A stretch of 39,375 nucleotides of DNA from Acetatifactor sp. (GTDB taxonomy: Bacteria; Bacillota; Clostridia; Lachnospirales; Lachnospiraceae). The notes under the pieces are model-generated. The model was not told where the DNA came from. It saw only the letters and a list, made by a program, of their open reading frames with translations, and searched no databases. The stretch's first letter is position 1. Every line of letters starts with the position of its first letter. The position numbers were made by a program, and so were the translations under genes. Below are positions 7,461 through 15,741 of the stretch, piece by piece. Location: NCBI GenBank assembly GCA_045639165.1, contig JAZUCP010000220.1:1-39375 (forward strand), given 5' to 3'.

Positions 7461-9082
7461 AACCGCAGTACAAATTATTTGCTGATAACTTTATAGAGAA
7501 CGGCGGGAGAGCCGTAAAGGCGGCGGTGGATGCCGGATACTCAGATACATATGCAAGGACATATGCGTGTCATAGAGGAGATGGGCGAGGCCTGCTAGAC
7601 AATACTGACATAGCCAAATATATTGCTGAGAGACAAAGCAAAATAGATGCAGAGCGATTAATGTCACTGGAAGAGATACAAGCATTTCGAACAAGAGTTG
7701 TCCGTGGAGAAGAGAAGGATGCTTTCGAAATGGACGCTTCTTTGTCTGATAGGCTAAAAGCGGCAAACGACCTAGAGAAAGCCTTGAAAATAAAGGAAGA
7801 GTATGAGGAGAAGAAGCGTATTGCAGAAGAAGCCCTGATGCGAAAAACATATCACATGGATCTGCATGATATCCCAGATACGTTTCATCCTGTTATACGT
7901 GACATCAGAAAGCGCGGGCATCAAGAATACGTTTTCAAGGGCGGCCGTGGATCTACGAAAAGTACAACCGTAGCAATGACCATCATTGAGCTTTTGAGGA
8001 ACAATCACGAAATTCATGCTGTTGTATGCCGCAAGGTTGGAAATACCATAAAAGATTCTGTTTACAACAAATTGAAATGGGCAATTGGAAAACAGGAATT
8101 TAGTGAGGAGTTTGATGCGCTGAAAAGCCCGATGGAAATTACACTGAAAGCCACTGGGCAAAAGATATATTTCCGAGGTGCTGATGATCCGGATAAAATC
8201 AAGTCTATAAATCCCGAATTTGGATATATTGGAATTCTGTGGTTTGAGGAGCTGGATCAGTTTTCTGGGGAAGAAGAGATACGTAAAATAGAACAGTCTG
8301 CAATCCGTGGTGGAGATCTTGCGTGGATTTTTAAATCCTTTAACCCGCCCAAAACGAAAAATAACTGGGCGAACAAATATGTCCTTACTCCAAAAGAGAC
8401 GCGAATGGTTCATTCGTCCACATATCTTGATGTAGAGCCTGAGTGGCTTGGCAAACCGTTTATCGATGAAGCAGAGCATTTAAAAGAGATAAACCCTGCT
8501 GCATACGAACATGAATATGGTGGAAAGGCAAATGGTAACGGCGGCAATGTATTTGAATATCTCGAGATCAGAATAATCACGGATGATGAAATAAAGACAT
8601 TCGACAAGATATATCAGGGTGTTGACTGGGGATGGTATCCGGACCTGTATGTGTTCAAACGATTATATGTGGATGAAGCACATAAAAAGATCTACCACAT
8701 CGCGGAGATTACCGGTAATAAGATGTCGAACGAGGAAACAGCCCGGAAGATCAAGGAGATGAAATTTGCGGATTACTGGATTACTTGTGATTCTGCTGAA
8801 CAGAAATCTGTGAATGATTACCGTGACAACGGACTTCCTGCGCGTCCTGCAATCAAGGGGCCCGGGTCTGTGGAATATGGTATGAAATTCATTCAGAGAT
8901 ACACACATGTGATTGATCCCGCACGTACACCGGTTACATATAAGGAATTCACGGAATACGAATATGAACGCGATAAGAACGGAGATATAATATCTGGATA
9001 TCCGGACGAAAACAATCATACGATTGATGCTACAAGATATGCTCTGGAAAGCCTGTACAACAAGAGAGGGACAAGCGCATGA
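7451..9082 (+). CDS. terL: Terminase: small-subunit-like N-terminal domain fused to PBSX-type large subunit
   Basis: N-terminal FADNFI..G..AVKAAVDAGYS..YA (TerS HTH); Walker A GGRGSTKS, Walker B ILWFEE, nuclease GVDWG and NHTIDA. Confidence 0.9.
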   Translation: MELKPQYKLFADNFIENGGRAVKAAVDAGYSDTYARTYACHRGDGRGLLDNTDIAKYIAERQSKIDAERLMSLEEIQAFRTRVVRGEEKDAFEMDASLSDRLKAANDLEKALKIKEEYEEKKRIAEEALMRKTYHMDLHDIPDTFHPVIRDIRKRGHQEYVFKGGRGSTKSTTVAMTIIELLRNNHEIHAVVCRKVGNTIKDSVYNKLKWAIGKQEFSEEFDALKSPMEITLKATGQKIYFRGADDPDKIKSINPEFGYIGILWFEELDQFSGEEEIRKIEQSAIRGGDLAWIFKSFNPPKTKNNWANKYVLTPKETRMVHSSTYLDVEPEWLGKPFIDEAEHLKEINPAAYEHEYGGKANGNGGNVFEYLEIRIITDDEIKTFDKIYQGVDWGWYPDLYVFKRLYVDEAHKKIYHIAEITGNKMSNEETARKIKEMKFADYWITCDSAEQKSVNDYRDNGLPARPAIKGPGSVEYGMKFIQRYTHVIDPARTPVTYKEFTEYEYERDKNGDIISGYPDENNHTIDATRYALESLYNKRGTSA

Positions 9083-9396
9083 CAAAGATAAATGTGTTGG
9101 GAACTGATTATGTGTTCAAGGAAGATGATTTGAACAATGAATTGCTTTCGGAAAATGATGGGGTGTGTGAACTGTATGAAAAAGAGATTGTGGTAAGAAA
9201 AAGGGAATATATGCCCGGAAGCACCGAAGTCGGAAGGGGGAACCGGTATCAGCATGTTATTCTTCATGAGCTGGTACATGCATTTGCAGAAGAAAGCGGT
9301 GTTTCGTATGGCAATGATGAAGCTTTGGTTGATTGGATTGCGCACATGATACCATTAATTAACAAAGCGCACAGCAAGATTGTAGCAGGTGAGTAA
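9079..9396 (+). CDS. HEXXH zinc metallopeptidase-like protein
   Basis: VILHELVHAF...E motif (ImmA/IrrE-like). Confidence 0.65.
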   Translation: MTKINVLGTDYVFKEDDLNNELLSENDGVCELYEKEIVVRKREYMPGSTEVGRGNRYQHVILHELVHAFAEESGVSYGNDEALVDWIAHMIPLINKAHSKIVAGE

Positions 9397-10809
9397 ATGG
9401 GTGTAATAGCCAGAATCAGAGGGTGGATTGAAATGGTTTTAAATGGTTTGGTAAAAGAAGAATTTTTGATTAATCCGATTGTTTCCCCGGAAATGGAGAA
9501 TGCGGTGAGAAAATGCGCAGAAATATATGCAGGCTTCCCGGATTGGATAAGCTTAGATGATGGAATAAAGACCATCAATTTTGCAAAATCTGTATGCTCC
9601 GAGACAGCGCGACTTGCAATGCTTGGAACATCCATAAACATTGACGGATCAGCGCGTGCTGAATGGCTGCAGGAAGAGATAAACAATGTATATTACAATA
9701 TCCGGGAGTGGATTGAGTATGGATGCGCATATGGTACAATTGTTCTGAAGCCGGACGGAGACTCCATCGAGGTTATTACACCGGATAGATTCATTGTCAC
9801 TGACATCAAGAACAAAGAGATTGTTGGTGCTGTATTTGTGTATGAGGAGACATCTGAGGACGGAAAAGAGTTTTTTACCCGTCTTGAGTGGCACAGATTT
9901 GAAAATAGTTTGTATGTGATTACAAACAAATGTTATAAATCCACAGGAAAAAATGGAAAAGGACACTTTGTACCCATCGAAAAGACTCCGTGGAGTGGAA
10001 TGATTGAGCATTCAACCATTGAAAATGTGGATAAACCCCTGTTTTCTGTGTTCCGGACACCACATGCAAACAATGTGGATATACATTCAGGATTTGGACT
10101 GCCCATATTCTGGGATGCTCTGGAAGAATTGAAAGATCTGGATATTGCATACAGCCGCAATGCAAAGGAGATCTATGACAGCCAGCGGATTGTGCTTCTG
10201 GATTCTGATCGTATGCTTCCCGGCGGAGGAGTTTCAATCAAGGAAACGGTAAGCAATTTTGAATCTACCAGAAAGCAAATGGGACTTCCAAACATTGTCA
10301 AAAATGTGTACGGAAATGGAGCTGAGAACTTTTACCAGGAGATTAATCCGGCTCTTAATACAGATGAGCGTCTGAAAGGAATTAATGCGCTTTTAAGCCA
10401 GATTGGCTATAAGATCGGATTCAGCAACGGGTATTTTGTTTTCAATGAATCCACAGGAATCCAGACAGCAACCGGTGTAGAGGCGGACCAGCAGAGAACC
10501 ATCCAGTTTGTAAAGGATGTTCGCGATCAGGTAGAAAAATGCATGATTAACCTGCTGTATGCGCTGGATAAGTATGCAGATATGTATGGCCTTGCACCAC
10601 TTGGAGTGTATGAGGCAATCTATGATTTTGGTGACATCACATACAACCGAGAGGAAGACCGCGCCAGATGGTATGGATATGTTGTGGCAGGTAAGATTCC
10701 GTTTTGGTATTATTTGGTAAAATTCGAGGGATTCACCGAAGAGGACGCAAAAGCGATGCAAGCAGAGGCAAAGCCAAAGCCCGGAACCATATTTGGAGAA
10801 GAGGAATAA
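9397..10809 (+). CDS. Portal protein (A118/SPP1-like)
   Basis: 470 aa, position after terminase, G.P.F..A...L..LD and TATGV motifs. Confidence 0.85.
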   Translation: MGVIARIRGWIEMVLNGLVKEEFLINPIVSPEMENAVRKCAEIYAGFPDWISLDDGIKTINFAKSVCSETARLAMLGTSINIDGSARAEWLQEEINNVYYNIREWIEYGCAYGTIVLKPDGDSIEVITPDRFIVTDIKNKEIVGAVFVYEETSEDGKEFFTRLEWHRFENSLYVITNKCYKSTGKNGKGHFVPIEKTPWSGMIEHSTIENVDKPLFSVFRTPHANNVDIHSGFGLPIFWDALEELKDLDIAYSRNAKEIYDSQRIVLLDSDRMLPGGGVSIKETVSNFESTRKQMGLPNIVKNVYGNGAENFYQEINPALNTDERLKGINALLSQIGYKIGFSNGYFVFNESTGIQTATGVEADQQRTIQFVKDVRDQVEKCMINLLYALDKYADMYGLAPLGVYEAIYDFGDITYNREEDRARWYGYVVAGKIPFWYYLVKFEGFTEEDAKAMQAEAKPKPGTIFGEEE

Positions 10810-10812
10810 TAT

Positions 10813-12051
10813 ATGCTGACACCGGAATATCTTCTGCGAGTTTCTGAGGGGGCCGAGGAAATAAGCGAAAGGCTCCATACGGACATTGTATCCAGAATTG
10901 TAGAAAGAATCGTGATCCGCATGGAACGCGGGGAAAAATACATACTGACTGCGCAAGACAAATGGCAACTGGAAGTTTTGCAGGATGCGGGATTCCTTCT
11001 GGAAGATATTCAGAAACTGCTGGCAGAAAGAACGGGAGAGCAGGAGCAGGAGATCCTGGAAGCGTTTGAAGATGCAGGTGTCAGAAATATGGAGTATGAC
11101 GATAAGATATACAGAGCCGCAGGTTTGTCACCTGTTCCGTTGTGGCAGTCTCCATACCTTGTGAGACTCATGCAGAGGAATTATGAGGATACATTGCGGA
11201 CATGGTATAACTTTACGCGTACAACAGCAGATGCGTCCCAGATGGCCTATATACAGGCTATGGACAGGGCATATCATCTGGTTTCTTCTGGATCCATCAG
11301 TTACACTCAGGCGGTGAAAGAAGCTGTAAATAGCATTGCAGAAACAGGTGTAATTGTACGATATACAAACACCACAACGGGAAGGGTTCACAGGGATACC
11401 ATAGAAACAGCCACACTGCGAGCGGTCAGAACATCCATATCCCAGATGTGCAGCGAAATCACACAGGCAAGAATGGATGAGATGGACTGGGATATTATTC
11501 TTACATCTGCCCACCTGGGAGCCAGAATTGGTGATGGTGGTCAGAATTACACAAACCATACATGGTGGCAGGGTAGATTCTTTTCAAAGTCCGGAAAGGA
11601 TAAGAGATTCCCTCCGTTTTCTGATTGCGGTGAGGGAGAAGTGCAGGGAATACATGGTGCCAATTGCCGCCATTCCATCGGACCGGGAGATGGGGAGCAC
11701 AATCCATTTGCCGATATCGACACGGAAGAGAATAGAAAGATACGGGAAAAGGAAGAAAGACAGAGAACGCTGGAGCGCAGGATTCGAAAATCCAAGAGAG
11801 AAGCAATGGAGTATAAGGCTGCAAGGGATGCAGCGGAATCTGAGGTTTTGTGGAAGGAATTTGATGAAGACTATCAGAGAAAATCAGCATTGCTCCAGAA
11901 GCAGAACAAGGAATACAAAGAGTTTTGCGATGCAAATGGTTTGAAAAAATTGGATGATCGTTTGCAGATAGCAAAATGGGATCGCATGCAGGCTGCGGAA
12001 GCCAGAGGAGCGGCGGCCCGGTATAAAAACAATAAGGGGAAAGGAAAATGA
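10813..12051 (+). CDS. Minor capsid / head morphogenesis protein
   Basis: MLTPEYL start, SAHLGAR...H..WQG..GANCRH, QR.LER.IR..KR motifs. Confidence 0.85.
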   Translation: MLTPEYLLRVSEGAEEISERLHTDIVSRIVERIVIRMERGEKYILTAQDKWQLEVLQDAGFLLEDIQKLLAERTGEQEQEILEAFEDAGVRNMEYDDKIYRAAGLSPVPLWQSPYLVRLMQRNYEDTLRTWYNFTRTTADASQMAYIQAMDRAYHLVSSGSISYTQAVKEAVNSIAETGVIVRYTNTTTGRVHRDTIETATLRAVRTSISQMCSEITQARMDEMDWDIILTSAHLGARIGDGGQNYTNHTWWQGRFFSKSGKDKRFPPFSDCGEGEVQGIHGANCRHSIGPGDGEHNPFADIDTEENRKIREKEERQRTLERRIRKSKREAMEYKAARDAAESEVLWKEFDEDYQRKSALLQKQNKEYKEFCDANGLKKLDDRLQIAKWDRMQAAEARGAAARYKNNKGKGK

Positions 12052-12425
12052 GCAGATGGATAAAGTATAATCCAAATCCGCATAGAAACCGTGTTGGAGA
12101 TTGTACAGTCCGGGCGATATCACTCGCAATGAGCCAGGACTGGGAAAAAACATATGCCGGACTTTCAGCATGCGGTTTTGCAATGGGAGACATGCCGACT
12201 GCAAATAATGTGTGGGGAAAGTATTTGCGTGAAAAGGGATTTCGGAGATATCTTGTGGACGATCATGGGAATGATGTATATACAGTCCATGATTTCTGTC
12301 AGGATAATCCAAATGGAACATACATCCTTGCAATTGAAGGGCATGTTGTTTGTGTTGTTGATGGTCATTATTATGATACATGGGACTCAGGTCAGGAGAT
12401 TCCCATATATTACTGGACGAGGTGA
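12048..12425 (+). CDS. Putative papain-fold cysteine peptidase-like protein
   Basis: GDCTVRAI (Cys at helix start), GHVVCV (His), YYDTWD (Asp) in papain-like order. Confidence 0.5.
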   Translation: MSRWIKYNPNPHRNRVGDCTVRAISLAMSQDWEKTYAGLSACGFAMGDMPTANNVWGKYLREKGFRRYLVDDHGNDVYTVHDFCQDNPNGTYILAIEGHVVCVVDGHYYDTWDSGQEIPIYYWTR

Positions 12426-12429
12426 TGTT

Positions 12430-12705
12430 ATGGCAATGGATATTATTCGAACACAGAGAAGAGTAATTGCTATTTTATGTGCTATCGCATTGGCTTTGCT
12501 TTTGCTGAATGTATGTCAGTACAAAAAATACAATTCTACTCAGGATTGCGAAGACAAAGAAGCCGTGATTCAGACATCCGTTATTTGGGCTGAACAGGCC
12601 GAATGCCGGAGGAAAAAGAATGAAAATATACGACTTCACACAGGTAGAACTAAACCTGTTCCGGGAAATGTGCAACTTCACGAAAGAAGAAAGCATGTTG
12701 TTTGA
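12430..12705 (+). CDS. Small membrane-anchored protein
   Basis: GAGGTG SD; hydrophobic VIAILCAIALALLLLNV. Confidence 0.55.
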   Translation: MAMDIIRTQRRVIAILCAIALALLLLNVCQYKKYNSTQDCEDKEAVIQTSVIWAEQAECRRKKNENIRLHTGRTKPVPGNVQLHERRKHVV

Positions 12706-12820
12706 ATACCGAGCCCAAAACATACCACTGGAAACCTGCGCGGAGTATATGAACGTAAGCATATCAACCGCAAAGAGGCTTAGCCGGAGGGTGAACAACA
12801 AAATAATACGCGTGTGCTGA
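12620..12820 (+). CDS. Small HTH regulator (LuxR/sigma region 4-like)
   Basis: FTKEE...F.YR...IPLETCAEYMNVSISTAKRL HTH; GGAGG SD. Confidence 0.7.
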   Translation: MKIYDFTQVELNLFREMCNFTKEESMLFEYRAQNIPLETCAEYMNVSISTAKRLSRRVNNKIIRVC

Positions 12821-12829
12821 TACTTTTAT

Positions 12830-12863
12830 GAGTCTTTGACGAACTGTCGGAGGCTCTTTTTTT
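12830..12863 (+). terminator. Intrinsic terminator-like hairpin
   Basis: GAGTCTTTGAC/GTCGGAGGCTC stem followed by T7. Confidence 0.6.
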
Positions 12864-12905
12864 GTGACAAAATATAAATAACAAAAGGAATGGGAGGAAT
12901 TGACG

Positions 12906-13364
12906 ATGTTTCAAAATGGGTATATGTATCAGGGTTTCAATCAGGCATATCCGCAACCGTATCAGGATCGTCTGGCGCAACTTCAGAATCAATATCAGCA
13001 GGCTATGCCACAGGTGAATCCGCAGCCATTACAGAATGGGGCTCAGGGGATTTTGTGGGTACAGGGAGAGGCGGGAGCAAAAGCATACATGATGGCCCCG
13101 AACATGACTGTATTACTGATGGATTCTGAGGGACAGCGGTTTTATTTGAAATCCACAGACATGTCAGGGGTCCCTACGCTGAGAACATTTAAGTATACAG
13201 AGGTTACATCGCAACCAGTGCTGGAAGAGGTTCAGGAAAACAAATATGTTACCCGTCAGGAGTACGATGAGATAAAAGGAAGAGTTGATGGAATAGCTCA
13301 ATCTATTGAAAATCTGAAACCCAGAAACAGCAGAAACAAAGCGGAGGTGAGCGCGGATGAGTAA
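12906..13364 (+). CDS. Q/Y/P-rich hypothetical protein
   Basis: GGGAGG SD; low-complexity N-terminus then WVQGEAGAKAY...LMDSE..FYLKSTD domain. Confidence 0.8.
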   Translation: MFQNGYMYQGFNQAYPQPYQDRLAQLQNQYQQAMPQVNPQPLQNGAQGILWVQGEAGAKAYMMAPNMTVLLMDSEGQRFYLKSTDMSGVPTLRTFKYTEVTSQPVLEEVQENKYVTRQEYDEIKGRVDGIAQSIENLKPRNSRNKAEVSADE

Positions 13365-13587
13365 TCCGATATATGATGCACTTGCTGGAAACAATGTGGG
13401 AATATCAGGCAATCCCATGAACATACTACAGCAATTTCAAAATTTCAGAAACAATATGCAGGGTAAAAACCCGAATGAGGAAATACAGAGATTGCTGAGA
13501 TCTGGACAGATAAGCCAGCAGCAGCTCAATCAGGCACAGCAAATGGCTATGCAGATGCAGAATATGTTAAGAGGTTTTTTAAGGTGA
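13357..13587 (+). CDS. Q/N/M-rich small protein
   Basis: GGAGGTG SD; NPM..QQF..NP..IQ.LL.SGQISQQQLNQAQQM. Confidence 0.8.
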   Translation: MSNPIYDALAGNNVGISGNPMNILQQFQNFRNNMQGKNPNEEIQRLLRSGQISQQQLNQAQQMAMQMQNMLRGFLR

Positions 13588-13642
13588 AACAACCCGGCTG
13601 CAGACGGTTGTAAATATAAAAAAAGAAAAGGAGATATTATAA

Positions 13643-14368
13643 ATGAATGATGGTTTATCAGCTTCCGATGTTGCCGTTTTAACAGGTGGCACAGGAAGAA
13701 ACAATGATGGAATGTTTGGAGGAGATTGGGGAGCATGGATTATCCTGTTTTTGCTTTTTGGTCTTTTCAACGGCAATGGTTTTGGCGGCGGATTCGGCAG
13801 AGGTGTCGGCGGTGGAGGCGGACAGGCTGCAACTACAGCGGATCTGACAGCGCAGACCATTGTGGGAAAACTGGATGGATTGACAAATGGCCTTGCCGAT
13901 TCCACATATGCTCTTAATGGAGCGATTACTGGCGGATTCAGTTCGTTGCAGGCCCAGCTTGCAGATTGTTGCTGCCAGACCCAGCGAGCCATTGATGGTG
14001 TAAATTACAATCTGGCAACACAGGGATGTGAAACCAGACGAGCAATTTCTGATGGCACCCGTGACATCCTGGAGAACAACAACAACAATACAAGGGCGAT
14101 CCTTGATTTCCTGACTCAGGACAAGATTGCAACCTTGCAGGCAGAGAATCAGAATCTCAGACTGGCAGCATCTCAGGCAAACCAGAATGCAGTATTGCAG
14201 GCGGCTATGGATGCGAACACTGCAGAGATCATTCGCAGAACCGGAAATGATTGCCCGATTCCTGCTTATGTGGTTCCGAACCCCAACTGCTGCTACAACC
14301 CGTTTGGATTTGGTTATGGAACCGGTTATGGAACCGGATACAATAACGGATGCGGATGCGGCGCATGA
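13643..14368 (+). CDS. Gly-rich, Cys-cluster coiled-coil protein with hydrophobic segment
   Basis: AGAAAGGAG SD; WIILFLLF, Gly tract, DCCC, coiled coil, PIPAY..PNP.CC and GCGC tail. Confidence 0.85.
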   Translation: MNDGLSASDVAVLTGGTGRNNDGMFGGDWGAWIILFLLFGLFNGNGFGGGFGRGVGGGGGQAATTADLTAQTIVGKLDGLTNGLADSTYALNGAITGGFSSLQAQLADCCCQTQRAIDGVNYNLATQGCETRRAISDGTRDILENNNNNTRAILDFLTQDKIATLQAENQNLRLAASQANQNAVLQAAMDANTAEIIRRTGNDCPIPAYVVPNPNCCYNPFGFGYGTGYGTGYNNGCGCGA

Positions 14369-14436
14369 GTAAAAAACTGAATAACTGTATCTTTCCCTTG
14401 CTGGGAATGTACGGCATCAGCTGTTATTACACACAC

Positions 14437-14464
14437 GGGGAAGGCATAAGCTTTCCCCTTTTTA
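14437..14464 (+). terminator. Intrinsic terminator
   Basis: GGGGAAGGC-ataa-GCTTTCCCC followed by T6. Confidence 0.7.
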
Positions 14465-14480
14465 TGAATGGAGGATATTT

Positions 14481-14903
14481 ATGGCAGAATTTACAAACAT
14501 AGCATTGCAGACCGTGGCCGCAGGTCAGAACGTGATATTTACGGAAACACCTGTAAACGGAACAAGATGCATTGAACACAGAGAGGGCAGCGGAATTGTA
14601 CGGTTGAAAGGGAATGCCGGTCAGAATCGCGCAAGATATCTGGTATCGTTTTCAGGAAACATCCAGATACCCACAGGAGGAACTGTTGAAGAAATCTCAG
14701 TGGCTATTTCGATAGACGGGGAGCCGCTTCAATCCACACAAATGATTGTTACTCCCGCGGCGGTTGAAAACTTTTTTAATGTGGCATCACAGGTTTATGT
14801 TGATGCACCGTGTGGCTGTTGCGTGACGGTTGCTGTGGAAAATACATCAGATCAGCCTATTGAGGTTCAGAATGCGAATCTTATAGTGGTTCGCGTTGCG
14901 TAA
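14481..14903 (+). CDS. All-beta protein (BclA-CTD/C1q-like sandwich suspected)
   Basis: GGAGG SD; QTVAAGQNVIF...YLVSFSGNI...NANLIVVRVA alternating beta-strand pattern. Confidence 0.7.
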   Translation: MAEFTNIALQTVAAGQNVIFTETPVNGTRCIEHREGSGIVRLKGNAGQNRARYLVSFSGNIQIPTGGTVEEISVAISIDGEPLQSTQMIVTPAAVENFFNVASQVYVDAPCGCCVTVAVENTSDQPIEVQNANLIVVRVA

Positions 14904-14915
14904 GGAGGTGTTTAT

Positions 14916-15479
14916 ATGGCAGATATGGAAAAAATGTGCAGGATCGTTGAGGAGGAGTTACACAAGATTTCAGAAAAAGGCTTGAATACCAGCAACATTG
15001 ACACGGCATATAAACTTGTTGACATGTACAAGGATATCAAGAACACCGAATACTGGGAGACAAAGGGTGAGTATTACATGGCCGTTCTTGATGAAATGCA
15101 GGGTGGATACAGCCAGAATGATGGTTACAGCGGCAGAAGAAGAGACAGCCGCGGAAGATATAGCCGGGAATCCGGACGCGGATCTGATCGCGGTTCTGAT
15201 GGTTACTCCAATGCAAGACGGGGTGGATATTCCAGAAGAGAATCATACCGTGGAAACGGTTATTCCATGAACGATAGCATGAACTATGACCGTTACATGG
15301 ATTCCAAGGAATCATACCGCTCTGACAAGAGCCCTGAATGCAAACAGAGACTTATGGACACCCTGGAGGAATACATGGGCGAGTTTTCTGAACAGCTGGA
15401 GGAGATGTTGAAAGACAGCGATTGCAGAGAAGAAAAAGAAATTATTACGCGCTATCTGAAGAAACTTCAGACTATGTAA
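14916..15479 (+). CDS. Protein with helical ends and central R/S/G/Y-rich disordered region
   Basis: AAGGAGGTG SD; YSGRRRDSRGRYSRESGRGSDRG... Confidence 0.8.
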   Translation: MADMEKMCRIVEEELHKISEKGLNTSNIDTAYKLVDMYKDIKNTEYWETKGEYYMAVLDEMQGGYSQNDGYSGRRRDSRGRYSRESGRGSDRGSDGYSNARRGGYSRRESYRGNGYSMNDSMNYDRYMDSKESYRSDKSPECKQRLMDTLEEYMGEFSEQLEEMLKDSDCREEKEIITRYLKKLQTM

Positions 15480-15590
15480 AGGTGTACACACAAACAAATA
15501 TATCGAATGATAAAATTAAAATGTGCATTCGGCAGAAGCGCTTTCATAATTTTCACTCCTTTATGTTTGCGGCCTGAAATGGCCGCGTAT

Positions 15591-15664
15591 CGGGACATAG
15601 TTCAGTGGTAGAACGCGCACATATATGTGTGATGTCATGGGTTCGATTCCTATTGACCCGACTA
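15591..15664 (+). tRNA. tRNA-like element / pseudo-tRNA (no valid anticodon loop)
   Basis: Acceptor CGGGACA/TGACCCG (1 mismatch), D-arm GTTC-AGTGGTA-GAAC, T-arm ATGGG-TTCGATT-CCTAT; anticodon loop is only 6 nt (ATATAT); ends ACTA. Confidence 0.7.
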
Positions 15665-15741
15665 CCCCGCCGGTGGTCTATCCGGCTCAATCCATTACCT
15701 GCGGCGGCAGGTCAATAAACACGGCCAGGAGGATAATATTT

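Noticed and set aside
15591..15664. Functional decoding tRNA (Ile/Tyr/Met)
   Set aside because: Anticodon loop is 6 nt, the acceptor has an A-A mismatch, and the Pro-like acceptor matches no readable anticodon
15625..15741. Longer N-termini given by the ORF track for scaffold (also capsid 16440, cI 35112, 34408)
   Set aside because: Extensions run through RNA structures or promoters and lack SDs; downstream ATGs have strong SDs
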